DNA of 64,000 nucleotides from the human T2T-CHM13v2.0 reference genome, Homo sapiens. The position numbers were made by a program, and so were the translations under genes. Each line of letters begins with the position of its first letter. Position 1 is the stretch's first letter. The stretch lies in the NCBI RefSeq assembly GCF_009914755.1, contig NC_060942.1. One strand, 5' to 3'. Positions 26,669 through 53,322 of the stretch are shown in pieces. The notes beneath the pieces are model-generated. The model did not search any database and was not told the DNA's origin. It saw only the letters and a program-made list of their open reading frames with translations.

Positions 26669-27262
26669 CTACAAAAAACAAACAAACAAACAAAAACAAT
26701 GAAAAATTAGCCAGGCATGGTGACACATGCCTGTAGTCTTAAGTACTTGGGAGGCTGAGGTGAGGGGATAGCTTAAGCCAGGGAATTTGTTAAAGTGAGC
26801 TGTGAGCTGCACTGCAGCCTGGGTGACAGAGCAAGACTCTGTCTCAAAAAACAAATAGAGTCCAGAGGTCAGGAATGGAAAAAGAAGTCAGAGACTCTTT
26901 GGTTTCCTGGCCTTGAAGAAGCAAGCTGCCACGGGTTCTACAGCTGCAAGAAAATGAATTCTGCAAGCAATCACATGAACTTGGAAGAGGACCCTGAACC
27001 TCAGGTTAGACTAAAGCCATGTCCATCCCCTTGATTGCAACATTGTGAGACTGTGAGCAGAGAACCCAGCTAAGCTGTGTCTGGAGTCCTGACCCACAGA
27101 AACTGAGAGCGAATAAACATGTGTTTTAAGCTACTAAATTTGTGGCAATTTGCTAGGCAATAGGAAACTAATATGCAGTTAGCATTTCCATTCTCTGGTA
27201 CCTTCAACTACCCACCACCCCCAACCGCTTCCCTGCCCTTGGCTCTCTCTTATCAGCAATTA

Positions 27263-27629
<367 letters not shown>

Positions 27630-28354
27630 TTACTGGTCCACCCGTTCTCCACATCATCACCAATATCTTAAAAGAGTAGGATATCAGACAGAAATTGCAT
27701 ATTGCTTACACAGGGGACTTCATCAAGATAGGGCCTCTTCTTTTTTCATTTTATTACTTTTAATTGACCCATAATAATTGTACATATTTTGGGGGGTCCA
27801 GTGTGATATTTAGATACATGTAAACAATGTGTAATTATCAAATCAGGGTAATTAGCATATCCACGATCTCAAACATTTATCATTTCTTTGTGTTGGGAAC
27901 ATTCAAAACCTGCTCTTCTAGCTATTTAAAAATATGCAATAAATTGTTGCCAATGATAGTCACTCTATTGTGGTATATAAAACTTGAGTTTATTCTTCCT
28001 AAGATAGGACTTCTTCTTTCATGTGACAAAAAGTCTAATGGCAGGTATCCCAGGGTTGTGGCCACAACTCAAAGAATGTCGTCAGTGTCCCTGGCTGCTT
28101 CTTTCTGCTGCTCAGTGTGTGGTTACTTTTATGACTCCCCCAATCATTTCAACTGCATCTCAGGCAGGTGCCTGCAGAGGTGATCTCCTCTTTAAGGAGC
28201 TATCTCAGACAGCCCACTCAATGACCTGCTTATATATCTGATTATATAGAACTGTGTCACATGGCAACATCACCTCTATAGGTCTTTGGGAAAGATAGTT
28301 ATTAGTTGGGTACTTCCCTCAACAAATCTGGGCTTGGTTAGTGAGGAAGATGGC

Positions 28355-29022
<668 letters not shown>

Positions 29023-29291
29023 ATCTATGTGCCTTGCTCTTGGACTTTGCAGCCTCAAGAACTGTGACTAAGGTATCTTGATATAGCAGCTCAAATGGAC
29101 TAAGATGGTTGGAAAGAATGAATATTGGATCAAGAACTAGCCATCTATGCCAGCGTGGTTGCACTATCTTACCTTCCTTGAATTCCTTCATTCTTCAATC
29201 TATTTATTGTAGTCTGATTTGTGCCACCATGAAGCTTCTGAAATTACTCTTTTCAAAGTCATCAGTGTCTTCTTTGTTCCTGTGTCCTTTA

Positions 29292-29582
<291 letters not shown>

Positions 29583-30678
29583 TCAGGAGACAGAGGTTGC
29601 AGTGAGCCGAGATCACGCCACTGCACTCCAGCCTGGGAGACAGAGTAAGACTCTGTCTAAAAAAAACCAACCATACCGTGCTTTTGTTGTTCTCTGTCTC
29701 AATGAATGGCTCTACCCTTTCACTTGGTTGCCCAAGCCAGAAAGCTGTAATTGCACTGGTCCAGGTCACCATCTTCTCTCAATATTAGTTTGATGGTCTG
29801 CCAAACAATTTCTCTGACTTAAATCTCATTCATTTCAAATTCATTATTTATATAATGCAACTAAATTGCTTTTTGTGAAATCCGAATTTGATCATGTCAC
29901 TCCCTCCTTCAAACTCTAATAGCTTCTCATTGCTATTAGGATAAATTTCAACAGTCTTGCAGGACCTCTACTTCTCTCTCTTGTTCTTTGTTGAAGCCAT
30001 GCAGATCTTTTGGTTTCTCCAGTGTTTCATGCTTTCCCCCTCTTTTGCCAATGGGCTTTCATGTATGTGGTCCCTTTTACCTAGAAATTTGGAGTTCTCT
30101 TTTTTACTTTCACCTCCTGAGTGAATTGGCCAACTTGTACTTACCTTTCAACCCTTGGTTAAAAATATTTCTTTGATCCATTAAAATGGACTTAGGTGAC
30201 GCTCTCTGGGTTTATTCCCATCAAATACACTTATCCTTCTGAATTGTACGTACCTGAGTATTGGTCTTGATTCCCCACTGGATTATAAGTTTCTGGGGTG
30301 CAGTGACTGTCTTTCTCATTCATCAATCAACCTCCAGAGTGTAGGTACTTTATTTTTGTCTAGCTTCTTTCACTCAGCATAATTATTTTGAGATTCATCC
30401 AGGCTGTTGCATGTTTCAATATTCATTTCTTTTTATTGCTGAGTATTATTCTATTGTATGACTATACTGCAAGATGCTGATCTATTCACTTGTTGAAGGA
30501 CAGATGATATTTTTGCCAGTTTTCAACTACTACAAATAAAGCTGGCCAGGCGCGGTGGCTCATGCCTGTAATCCCAGCACATTGAGAAGCCGAGGCGGGT
30601 GGATCACGAGGTCAGGAGATCGAGACCATCTTGGCTAACACGGTGAAACCCCGTCTCTACTATAAATACAAAACATTA

Positions 30679-34086
<3,408 letters not shown>

Positions 34087-34173
34087 TATTTTCTTTCCTT
34101 TTGGGTAAGTACTGAAGAGTGGAATGGCTGGATCATATGGCAGTGTATGATTAAGTGTTGATTTTAAGAACTT

Positions 34174-38703
<4,530 letters not shown>

Positions 38704-38705
38704 AA

Positions 38706-39040
38706 CACTTTGGGAGGCTGAGGTGGGAGGATTGCTTGAGCTCAGGAGTTCGAGACCAGTCCGGCCAGGGAAAATAGTGAGATATATCCCCCAAGAAGCT
38801 CCCCACTGCCCCCCCGCTCATCTCTGCCAAAAATACAAAAAATTAGCTGGGCGTGGTTGTGCGTTCCTGAGGTCCCAGCTACTCAGAAGGCTGAGGTGGG
38901 CGGACCCCTTGAACCCAGGAGGCGGAGGTTGCGGGGAACGGAGATGGCGCCACTGCACTCCGGCCTGGCTGACAGTGAGACCCTGTCTCAAAAACAAAGC
39001 AAAAAAAAAAACAACAACAAAAAAAACCAAACAAAAAAAA
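38706..39040 (+). mobile_element. 5'-clipped Alu (AluJ-like) fused to the L1 breakpoint
   Basis: Starts at cactttgggaggctgagg; extra C-rich insert at ~38785-38820; A-rich tail. Confidence 0.8.
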
Positions 39041-40339
39041 TTTTATTTCAGTACATAGTAATTCCTTGGGTACATTTTACGTCCGTTTTCTTGTCTTTTC
39101 CCTTGATTATCCATTCTGTTAGCATTTCCCTCCTTTGACTATCAGGAAAAGCAACAGTTTATGCTAACAATGCATGCTAACGGTGCCAACAGTGCTGGCC
39201 TGTGGAAACACTGGTTTTAAACCCTATGCAGCATAATGTCATTTGAATAACGGCAACCAGAAACTTCTCTTACAGTCTTCGAATCTTCCTTTGAAGGTTG
39301 TATTTTGTAATTAGGGACTGAATTTTTTCGTGAGTGGAGGCAATTATTAATGAGCAAAGTTTGGAGTCTGCCTATCACCCTAATTCTGCATAAAGTCAAG
39401 ACACACCTTCTAAAAGTCTTTACCGTTGCTCACAACATTCCATACCATGCTGTTCAGCTTAAAAACACACTACTAACCTGCTCTGTCTGGTTTGAAATGT
39501 TTTCAATTTACACACAAATACAGATCGCCCTGAATTTGTGAATGTATTTCTACCTTCGTTAAAAAAGAAGACTAAAAGAATATGGAATCCCTAATTCACA
39601 TTTAGTTCGCCTAGGAAAACTAGCAGTTAGTGAAAAACTGGCCACATCACAGCCGCACAGCTCCAGCAGCCCGGGTAGCTTCCCCACCCTCACTTTCTCC
39701 AGCCCCGCCTCCAGGACGGCCTAACCGCTTTCCTCATAGCTCATTGGGCGCGCGGCACCACCGGGCGGCAACTCCAGGGATCCGCCCCTGGGCCCGCCCC
39801 TCCATCGCCCGGGGCTGGGGTTGGGCAACCGTCCGCCCTTTTTCTAGACCGCGCGCATGCGCACTCTCCTTGGACCCTGGAGAGACGCTTAGGGATCAGT
39901 TTTCTCCTCCTTTCTTCCCGCGATCGCGCGGCTCTCTGGAAGCCTTCCCACTCTATTATTGCCGAGGATCCCCCTCCTAGACACTCTGAGAAGGTGCCGC
40001 TCCGGCCTTGGGTACGGCGGTACCCGGATGTGGAGTCGCTCTCGCCCGGCTGGGACTCTGTGGCGGGGCGGAGCGCGGCGGCTGGTGCGGGGGCAGAGAG
40101 AAGGGGGCCTGAGGGCCCGGGCGCTCGCCGGACGCCGGGAGGTACCACCGCTGCCCACGGGGGAGGAGGCGGCGCCGGCGCTTGGGTGCCCGCCCCCGAG
40201 CGAGGGGCCGGGGTGGCAGAAAGGCCGGCAGTTAAGCTTGCTCCCCGCCGCCCCCCTCGGGCTAGCCTCCCCCGGCCCCCTGCGCTCCTCGCGCTGCCGG
40301 CCGGGGGAGAGCGTGGTTTCCTTGCGGCCGTCGCTGTAG

Positions 40340-41233
<894 letters not shown>

Positions 41234-43384
41234 TGAAATTAATCAGCCACCAAGTGATAACTGTCTGAAGGGAGGCTTGCTTTGCCATATGGTGCTCAGC
41301 TGACCGTTTATAATTGCCAAGGGGCCTTGGTACCTCGGATTTGTGGAGATGCCTTTTTTTTTTTTTTTTTTAACCTCCTGTGACACAGAATTACTTGGAG
41401 TTCAGTAGCCAAATGTTACTTGGGACTCTGGAATGATTTTTCATCCAAATTGTTCTATTTTATATCTTTATATCAATAGAGAGAAAAACATCCTGAGCTC
41501 TTGAACCATTTCTTTGTGTTAAATACTTTTTCCAAGTGGCAGATCGGCGTGGGGGACACCTGATGTTATTTTTTGTTACACTAACGTCCGTCTCAGTAAG
41601 GTGATGTCAGAATCTTACTCATTCACCCAGCAGTGAGTCAGGGTCCTTGATTAGTGAATCTTGATTAGTGAATTTTAGGGGTCTGTTATTGACGCTAGAG
41701 TTTCTAAATGATTAAACCAAAGGCTTGCTTTCACAAAATAAATAACAAATTCATTTTCATATAGATTCATCTTTGGTATTATTTATCCTTGATATTTATC
41801 CTTGATTCTGTAGAAAATAGTTCACATTTAAAATTGGGTACTTTTCAGAATTCCTAAATGAGCTACTTCTAAGACATTGAGTTTGGCAAAGCCTTACAAA
41901 TCTTGGAATGGGCTCACAGTTATTATCAGTAGCAATAAAGAAATTAACACAAGCCAACTCAGTTTTTGAACAGATAATTCGTAAAATTGTGTTCCTTAGC
42001 TGGCTTTTTAAAAACATTTATTAAAAAAAATTTTTGTTTTAGAGACAGTTGTCTCGTTTTATTTCTCCGGCTGGTCTGGAACTCCTGGCCTCAAGCAACC
42101 CTCCTGTCTCAGCCTCCCAAAATGCTGGGATTACAGGAGTCAGCCACAAGGCCAGGCTTCAGATAGCTTTTTGAATATTAAAAAGGGTGTATGTACATGA
42201 CTAGAAGAAAATGAAAAGATTCAACAGCACAAAAAGGGGCAGCCATTGTTACCAGTTTTTTGTGTAGTCTTGCAGAATACTCTATTGCATGGCAAGCATG
42301 TGTGTGACTATACTATAAATCTAATCCCCTTTTAAGTGCAAATGATAATAAACTATATTCACTCCTCTGCACTTTCGTTTCTTTCACTAAATTATATTGG
42401 TGATTGTTCCATTGTTTCATGGCTGCATAGTATTCCAGTGATTGGATACGGTGATTTATCTAACCAGGACTTTATCGATGGGCGTTTTATTATTTCATGT
42501 TTTCTTTACAATGATGCAGTGAATATATCCTTGTACATATATCCTTGTGTATATGTGTTGAGTATTTCTGAAGAAGTGGAATTGCTGCATCAAAACATTG
42601 CACATATTTAACATTTTGGTAGATGTTGACTAATTGCTTTTTGAAGACGTTTTGTGAGTTGAAACTGCCAGCAACAGTGTTTGAGGCCTATGCCTAATTT
42701 CTGCCTACTCTTTTTTTTTTTGAGACAGGGTTTTGTTTTGTTACCTGCAGCCTTGAAGTTTTGTTGTCGTGCTAGCTCAAGCTAAAGTCTGACCACAACC
42801 CTTATTTGGAGGAATTCTTGGTATCAGTAATTGTAGCTTTATGAGGAAATTTAAGTATCTAGGGTAAAGTGTAACAGATTCTTTACTACGGTGATTTTTG
42901 AAGGGACATTAATGTTATCTATATGTTTGTAGTATGGGGTGTATCTATCATATTAATAGTTTTATTATCTTAATATAAACGTAGATGTTTTTCAGAAGTA
43001 ACTGTTTTAGAATCTTAGTTTAATAAGATAATTTTATACATTAATTTGTTATATGTAGTGGTTTATCTTGTTCATTTGGTCTTTTAACAAACATTTTAAG
43101 AGCAGGATAGCCAACCTTCATATGAAATACTTGTTGAAATATATTTTAATTTCAACCTTTTAAATTCTTCAGGGTTTTTTTTTTTTTTTTTTTTTTAGAA
43201 CTGAGCAAAATTGTAAGCTCCTGGCTCTTGTTTTGCCCCAGGACTATAATACTACTTTCAGTGTTTTCCTTTTTCTTCAAAATATTTAATAATCAGTGTT
43301 CACTGACATTTTATTACATTCTATAAGATTACTCAATATTTATTAAGTACTTGATATTTATTTGCATAATATTAACATTTTAAA

Positions 43385-43880
43385 AATTAACTTTTGTTTT
43401 TGAAACAATTGTAGTCTTCCAGAAAAATTACAAAACTAGTAAGAGTTGCCTTTTGCCCTTTACCCACCTTCTTCAGCTGTTAATATCTTAGCAAGTACAA
43501 TGATCAAAACCAGAAAATTAACACTAATACGGTAATACTGTATTAACTAATCTATACACCTTATTCAAATTTTATTTATTCAAATTATATGCAGTGGTTA
43601 TTATTAGTGTCCTACTAGTATTCTTTTTCTCATCCAAGATCACACGTTGCATTTAGTGGTCTCTTCCAATCTGGGTGAGTTCCTCAGTCTTTAGTCAGTG
43701 TCAAAGTAATGAAAAACAATCTTGTTATCTCTCAAATTGGGTGTTTCTGCTGCTTTTTCATGATTAAATTCAGATTATGTATTTTCGGCAAGAATATCAT
43801 AGAAATGATGTTTTGCCCTTGTTAGTGCATCGTACCAGGAGGTACATGGTGTTCGTATGTCTCATTAATTATAGCGTTAA
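43385..43880 (-). mobile_element. L1MC-like 3' fragment
   Basis: gaaacaattgtag..aaattacaaaactagt..atcaaaaccagaaaattaacact..ggcaagaatatcatagaaatgatg. Confidence 0.65.
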
Positions 43881-44344
43881 CTCGGCTAGGTCACCAGGAA
43901 TTTTACCAACTGTTGCTTTTGTACCAGCAATGTGATGCCAGTATGAAAAAGATAACTTGTATCTTACATATTATTGTGAAAATACTTTTGACTTCATGAA
44001 GTCCCTCAAAGGGTCTTGAGGATTTCCCTAGAGGTTGAAGAATAACACTTTAAAAGTCACTGCCCTGGAGAGAATCTCTATTTGAGCACATAGAAGCTTG
44101 TATAAGAATGTTCACAGCAGTTACTATGGTTTTGAGATAAATAAAATTTAAAAAAGAATGTTCACAGCAGTGTTGCATGTAAAAACAGAAAATTGGAAAA
44201 AACTTAAATGTACCTTAGCAGGAGACTGGATAAGTTGTATGAATTTGTATAGTGCAGTACTGTATAGAAGAGAATGTTAAGCAAATAAAGTAAGTTGCAA
44301 AAGAAAACCTACGGTCTGTTAAAGTGCGGAACAAAACTATTTTA

Positions 44345-44559
44345 GGGTAGGGTTTTGCAGCCTTGGCACTATTGACATTTTGAATTGGATAGGATAATTT
44401 TTTGTTATAGGAATGTCCTGTGCATTGTAGGCAGGCATCCCTGGCCTCTACCCATTAGCAGCAGTAGCACCCCACCTCCTTGTGGCAACCCACAATATCT
44501 CCAGACATTGCCAGATGTCCCCTAGTGGGGGCAAAATTGCTCCCAATTGAGACTCATTG
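44345..44559. mobile_element. MER20 (hAT-Charlie)
   Basis: ccttggcactattgacatttt..catccctggcctctaccca..tctccagacattgccagatgtccc..ggcaaaattgctcc. Confidence 0.82.
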
Positions 44560-44750
44560 GTTTAGGGATATGTACATGCGTGGTAAAAGTATGCCACGTA
44601 AAGGTAAGATAAACACTAAATTTAAGAGAGTGGGACATCCTTATGGTGAAGGGAGTGGAGAGCACGATTGGTGGAAGTACACCAGGGGCATTTAAGTATT
44701 TTGGTAATGTTCTGTGATTAAACCTACCCCATGGTGAGTGCATAGGTGTT

Positions 44751-44752
<2 letters not shown>

Positions 44753-44787
<35 letters not shown>
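44753..44787. repeat. (CA)n microsatellite
   Basis: Direct reading. Confidence 0.93.
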
Positions 44788-44791
<4 letters not shown>

Positions 44792-46405
44792 TTTATTTTT
44801 TTTGAGACAGTCTCCCTCTGTGGTCCAGGCTGGAATGCAGTGGTGTGACCTCGGCTCACTGCAACCTCCGTCCCCCAGGTTCAAGCAATTCTCCTGTCTC
44901 ATCCTCCTGAGTAGCTGGAATTACAGGCATGCACCACCACACCTGACTAACTTTTGTATTTTTGGTAGAGACGGGGTTTCACCATGTTGGCCAGGCTGGT
45001 CTCGAACACCTGACCTCAAGTGATCCATAGCCTCAGCCTCCCAAAGTGCTGGGATTACAAGTGTGAGCCACCACACCCAGCCCTTTCTATATTTTTGTGT
45101 GTGTCATATTTTTGTACTTAATTTAAAAAAAAGCCTTATATTTATCAGAGGGAGAACTGAGGTTGCCTTTGATTATTCATCATTTGTTCCCTAGTTCCAC
45201 CTATATTATATGAATAGAAAATTTATTGCAGTATGATTGGGAATTAAGAAATGGGTAACCTTCAGCATAAGATTCCTTGCAACTTTTCTGGGAGTTAAGG
45301 ATTCTGGAGTGGTTGGATCATTGTGAATCTTTCTGATACGATTTTTCTCACTACATTTTGAAGATTTTGTCTGGGAGTTGTATGCGGGTCTCTAATATTT
45401 TGGCATATCAGCTTTATTTTTTCTTTCAGGACACACATGATATGTTTGAATTTATGGTCTAGGATAGTTAAACTTTGCAGAGAGGAGCATTTAGTATCTG
45501 TTTGAGTGATATAACGTCTGTCTTGTTTCGAGATTCATTTGGCTCATTTGTAGTGAGCAAGAAGATTTTGGGACTATATGGGATGTTATTTAATTAGTTT
45601 GGACTAATTTTGTAAAGTCTGTAGTCAAGTAGGTATAGTTGACTTTTTATCATCTAGGCACTGATTTTATAGGAGTTGGAGAAAAATGTGTTTTTATTTA
45701 TGCTTGCTTTGTGTTCACTTGACTACAGTGTTGTATTGTTACCAGAGATAATGGAGAAAATGAATGTAGATTTCCTGTTAAGGTTCTGTCATTCTTCGTG
45801 TCGATAATACAGAGTTAGAGGTATAGAAAATCAGCTTTATTCAAAACCAGCTTCTGGTCATAGTTCATTCAAACTGTTTTGGGGGTAGTTCTTTGTCCTT
45901 GTCTTTGACCGCTAGCAAAGAATGCCTCTCCAGTCATACGTGGAAAAACTTCTCAGATGTTTTGTATTCAGTTGAAGGTTTAAAAGGGCTGACCCTGGAT
46001 TAAAAAAATGAAATGAATTAATAATCCTCAGCTTTTCTTTATCAGAATAGAGTCCCCTATTCTGATCTGTTTCTAGAACCACAGTAGAAAGGGGTATTTG
46101 TCAGGACACAAAGCCGTAGGAAAAAACAGGATTTGAGGGAACAATGTTTGGGGAGCAGGATGCCACACCTGGAAAGGATGAAATATCACAAAATGTTTTT
46201 TATTAATGACATCTGCAAGGAAAACTTTATTTCCTCATAGATCCTACCTATTTTAAAGGCTTCTGTAAAATGTCTTTCTTATTTTATTTCCTCCACTAAA
46301 ACAATGTTGTAAATTATGAAAGTCTATCTAGTTCTTAATAGTCCCTGTAGATTGCAGCTTGGTTGAGCTGAGGACTTCAAGAAATCAACTAGTAGACCCC
46401 TGTGT

Positions 46406-46558
46406 CAGTACTTCTCAAACTTAAAGCACACAGATCACCTGGGGACCTTTTAAAATGCAGATTCTGGTTCAGTAAGTTTGGGATTCTGCGAGAGTATTTC
46501 TAATAAGCTCATAGGTGATGCAGATACTGCAGGCTCAAGGACACACTTTGAATAGCAG
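46406..46558. mobile_element. MER5A-like (hAT-Charlie)
   Basis: cagtacttctcaaactt..atcacctgggga..aaaatgcagattc..ggtgatgc..cacactttgaatagca. Confidence 0.72.
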
Positions 46559-47344
46559 AGTACTAAGTGACTATTTGTCTACTTGAGATGCCCTGCGTTT
46601 CTGTTTTCTCCTTTTCCTTTCAACAGATTCCAAGCCTTGATTGTTTGTTGGTAATACATGTCTTTAAAACTAGATTGGCATTATTAGTTGGGGAGAAGAG
46701 AAGTGTGTACAACTGAAATAAAGGAGCATGTAACACCTTTCTAATATATGTACTTTTTGTAAGTGTAATGCTATCTTAATGTGTATTTTCGATCCTATAC
46801 TTTCCAGCCTGTCCCTCTGATTAGATTAGCTATTTCTTTTTGAATGTGTTCCCAGGTAGCCACCCACCAGGGTCTCTCCTCCACCCTCTATAATTGCTAG
46901 CTAGTGTGATATCCCCACATGTGTGCTTTCATCTGTTAAAGCAGGGTATGCTGTGTTGTAATTGTCTTTTGCACTAGATTATTAGTTTAAGGGAAAGGGT
47001 CTGTGTTATTCTTGTATCTCCATTTTCTAGCAGAACCATGTCTCTGGATGAGTATTTTCTGAATCAGACACACTTTTCAAAGAGCTTTTGACTCATTGGA
47101 TCAGAGATTAGATAGATATTATCCTAAAACAAGATAAAAGGAAACTCAGATTCAGAGAGATTAAGAAATTTGTCCAGTCACAAAGCTGGTGAGTGGCAGA
47201 TAGTAGGGATGAATGCCAGTTGATTGCTTTTCCTCAGTATCATTCTCTTTTTCTTTTATAGTATAGTGGTTCAGAAACATGACCACCTGTAACACTTTGC
47301 TTGTGGGAAAATTGATAATGAAATGTAAACCAATTTAGAAATGA

Positions 47345-47829
<485 letters not shown>

Positions 47830-48701
47830 TAAAGAGTTTCACTCTGTTGCCCAGGCTGGAGAGCAGTGGTGTGATTATAGCTCATTGCAACCTCGAATTC
47901 TTGGGCTCAGGTGATCCGCCTACCTCAGCCTCCCGAGTAGCTAGGACTATAGGTGCACACCACCAAGCCTGGCTAATTTTTTTTTATTTTTTATTTTTCT
48001 TAGAGTTGAGGTCTTGCTGTATCACCCAGGCTGGTCTCAAACTCTTGGCCTCAAGTGATCCTTCAACCTCAGCATCCCAGATTGCCTGGATTACAGGCAT
48101 GAGCCACTGAGCCCTGCTTGTTTCTTTCTAGTGTGTCTTTTTTGCACAGCTAAGGTTTTACTGTATACATAGTTTGTTTCATTCTTTTTTTTCCACTTGA
48201 CGTGTGTTTTCTGTATTCCTTATAAATAATCTAATATGTACTTCCTATATGGTAAAATAAGGTGACATTTATGTCTTAACTACTTAGAGAGAAATATATA
48301 TGTATTTCCATATAGGTATGCCATATGTACTGTTCTTCAGCTTTCTTTTTAAATGAATATTGTCTTGGACATCTTGCAGTGTTAGCACATAAGAATCTGT
48401 CTTATTCTTTTTGGTCGGTACATAGTATTTAATAGTTAAAAAATATATTACTTAACTATTCTTTTGATAGACATTTATAGTGTTTTCTTTTTTGTCATTT
48501 TAAACAACACTGCAACAAGTATCTTTGTGTATACATACCTTTGTGTACTAATTTTTAGCTTTTAAATTAATTTGTTACAGGAATTTCTGTTATAAATGAC
48601 ATGGCTAAATATTGTCCTCACTGACTTTGAGAACATTTGTCTTTTAATAGAGGAATTTAACTTGTTCATATGTATTGTGACAACTGATACATTTTTTCTA
48701 A

Positions 48702-48955
<254 letters not shown>

Positions 48956-49395
48956 TGATCCACCCACCTCAGCTTTCCAAAGTGCTGGGATTACAGGCAT
49001 GAGCCATCACACCTGGCTGCTACCTTACTTTTTAACTTTCCAGTTTTCTTGTATTTTTTTTTTTAACCAGTGAGTTAGAAATTTTATCACCTTTTTTTCT
49101 GCTCTGCTAATTATTACCTTTTAATATTTAACAAACAGATTGAAAAATTAGGTTTTTTTTGCATGTAGAAAAACTAAACAGTCTCTTTAATTACTCCTGC
49201 CCATACTTCTTTCTTTATTTTTTTGAGGTGGAGTCTCACTCTGTTGCCCAGGCTGGAGTGCAATGGCATGATCTCAGCTCACTGCAACCTCTACCTCCTG
49301 GGTGCAAGCAATTCTCCTACTGGGTGCAAGCGATTCTCCTACCTCAGCCTCCTGAGTAGCTGGGATTACAGGCGGGTGCCACCATGTCCAGCTAA

Positions 49396-49584
<189 letters not shown>

Positions 49585-50109
49585 TAGTAGAGACGGGGTT
49601 TCACCGTGTTAGCCATGATGGTCTCCATCTCCTGATCTTGTGATCCGCCCGCCTCGGCCTCCCAAAGTGCTGGGATTACAGGCGTAAGCCACCACGCTCG
49701 GCCTAATTTTTTGTATTTTTAGTAGAGATGGGGTTTCACCATGTTGGCCAGACTGGTCTGGAACTCCTGACCTCAGGTGATCCACCCGCCTCAGCCTCCC
49801 AAAGTCCTGCGATTACAGGCGTGAGCCACTGCGCCCGGCCATCTCCTGCCCCACACCTCTTACCTTTTTCATTGTGTTGGTTTTATGTAAATTTTCAGGA
49901 AAATTAGTCCCAAATTTTTGTTTGCATTGTCCTTTCTCCCCAACCATACTCCTGTAAATATATGCTTCTTTTTATGTTGTAAGATTTGCTCAGCTGGGCA
50001 CAGTGGCTGACGCCTGTAATCCTAGCACTTTGGGAGGCTGAGGCAGGCAGGTTGCTTGAGCCCAGGGATTTGAGACCAGCCTGGACAACATGGCAAAACC
50101 CCATCTCTA

Positions 50110-50316
<207 letters not shown>

Positions 50317-52772
50317 TCATAAAATTGCATTAAACGTCACAGTTATTATTATTATTTTATTTATTTATTTATTTTGAGACATAGTCTCTGTTGCCCAGGC
50401 TGGGGTGCAGTGGCACGATCTTGGCTCACTGCAGCCAAGTGATTCTCCTGCCTCAACCCTGCAAGTAGCTGTAACTACAGGTGTGCATCACCATGCCCAG
50501 CAAATTTTTGTATTTTTAGTAGAGATGGGGTTTCACCATGTTGGCCAGGCTGGTCTCTGGAGCTCCTGACCTCAAGTGATCATCCACCTCTGCCTCCCAA
50601 AGTGCTGGGATTACAGGCGTGACCTGCCACACCCAGCTCACAGTTATATTATTAATAATTAATTGGATTTAAAATTGTAGTTCTTTCTTATTACTGCTGC
50701 TTATACTATATCTCATGTCATTCCCTTCTCATTTTATTGGGGGAAAAATCCTTTCCCCTTCCTTTCTTTCTTCCCTTTTCTTCCCTTCTTTTCTTTCTTT
50801 CTAGTAGTTTGAGTCCTTGCAGGCCTGAAAATTGCTTTATTTTGCCACACTGTCTCTCTCACCCCTAAACCTGACTGATATTTGGTTGAATATGCAATTC
50901 TAGATTCAAAATATTTTTCTGTCAGAACTGCCTCCTTGTTCTAGCATTTAATGTTGGATATGAGAAGTCCTATGCTTGTCCATGCTGTGGTTATTTGATT
51001 AACTTAATGTAATACCACTGTTGGACATTAATAGGTTTTTGGGACTCTGTGTGTTTGTGTGTGTGTGTACACAATATGTCACAGGTAGTTTATTATATAT
51101 AATTATATTTAGCTTCTTGTAAGAAAACATATTAGTCCCATGAAAGAGTTTTTGTTGTTAAAGCAAGTAATTGAGCTTCATATAAGGCTGTCAGATCCTC
51201 CAGCTTGAGCTGGTCAGCCTTTACTATTGTAGTAGTACTGGGGTCGTTTTATCTTTTATTCTTTATTCCAAACACATTGGCTCAAAGTCCCAGCTCTGCT
51301 CTTGAGGACAAGCTCTGCCCTCAGCAGAAGATGTGACATTGTCATATCTGCTCAACTATCATATAATAGTATTCAAATTACTGAAATGTTACATGCTTTA
51401 TAAAGTTTTTTTTTAATGAGGAAAATTGCCCAATTAATATTTATGTTTGTATGTGGTCATGGATAATTATGTTACCTGATAAGGGAGAAAATTTTCAGTT
51501 AGCAGTTAGAATTGGGTCAGCCAGCTTTTTCCTTTAGGAAATAAATGGATTAGATAAATTTAAGTATAAATATTCCTCTGGCTTTGAAAAAGCTAATAAC
51601 TAAAGCTATTCATACAACGAACTCATGTAACCTGGGAAATACACATGAAACAAAAGATATCTTTTCACTTCAATTAGATTGACAAAAATTAAAAGTCTAA
51701 TTATAGTATGTATTAATGAAGAATATAAGGAAACAACTCTCCAGGCCTTGTGGTACAGTAAATCCGTACAACCACTTTGAGAAGCAACTTGGCAACATCT
51801 TGTAAATTAAAAAACAAAAAACAACAAAAAACACATGTTCTGCAGCTGAAAACATCTTCCAGGTGTATGTTCATGAGATTCTCAGGCACATATTTACAAA
51901 GATATGTATGAAGAAATTCATTGCAATATTGTTTATTAAAAATAATAATTGAGGAATTAAAAGTTTATATACAGACTAATGAAAACATAAGTAAAATATT
52001 AGCAGTTAAAATGGAAGAATTAGATGTGTGTTTGCCAAATACATGTTGAGTGAAAAAGCAAGTTTCAAAGGGCTAACATAGATACTGTGCTTTTTCTTTT
52101 TTTTCTGCCCCCTCCCTACCCCAATACTGTGCTTTTAAAGTACATTTTTGAAAGACTAAAAAATTATTTATGGAAAAATATATGTAGAAAAAGGATGAGT
52201 AGACTGAAGGGATTAAACCTTCAGAATGATATTTTGGTATTTTGTTTCTCAAAATATTCTTTATTTTTATTTATTTATTTTTGAGATGGAGTTTTGCTCT
52301 TGTTGCCCAGTCTGTAGTGCAGTGGCATGATCTCGGCTCACTGCAACCTTGGCTTCACAGGTTCAAGCGATTCTCCTGCCGCAGCCTCCTAAGTAGCTGG
52401 GATTACAGGTGCCTGCCACTACACCTGGCTTATTTTGTATTTTTAGTAGAGACGGGGTTTCACCATGTTGGCCAGGCAGGTCTTGAACTCCTGACCTCAA
52501 GTGATCCACCTACCTTGACCTCCCAAAGTGTTGCGATTACAGTGTGAGCCATCATGCCCAGCCTGAAAATATTTTTTTTTGTTAAATGAGATGAGACCAA
52601 TTTGATTTCATTTTTGAAAATTTCAGTTTAATAGTAAGTCAAGTCTAAGTTTTGTTTGTTTCAATTCTTGGTTTTACTGGATGCTGTAGCTCAAAAAGAG
52701 ACCTCAAAATGACAGATCATAGATCCTAATAAAAGGAGTGCATTTCTTTTTCTTTCTTTCGTTTTTTTTTGA

Positions 52773-53082
<310 letters not shown>

Positions 53083-53322
53083 TGATTATTAAACTCACCT
53101 CCTAACCCCCATCTCTGCCCTGTGAGGCTGGACTGGTTCTGCACACTGTATTTCTCCTTTGCCAGTTGGATCCCTGTTGGCTCTGCCAGTAGGAGGCACT
53201 AGAGGGAGACTGGAAGGCTGGATTGGGGATCTGACTTGCTCTTTCCTGTGTGGTATCATTCCACCCAGCAAGCTGGGATGGGATGTTGATTTCCCTATCA
53301 GTATTTGATTTTAGTTTGCATA

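Noticed and set aside
41647-41674. Short tandem duplication ttgattagtgaat x2 beside a TGAGTCA site
   Set aside because: Ordinary slippage-scale feature; no evidence of function.
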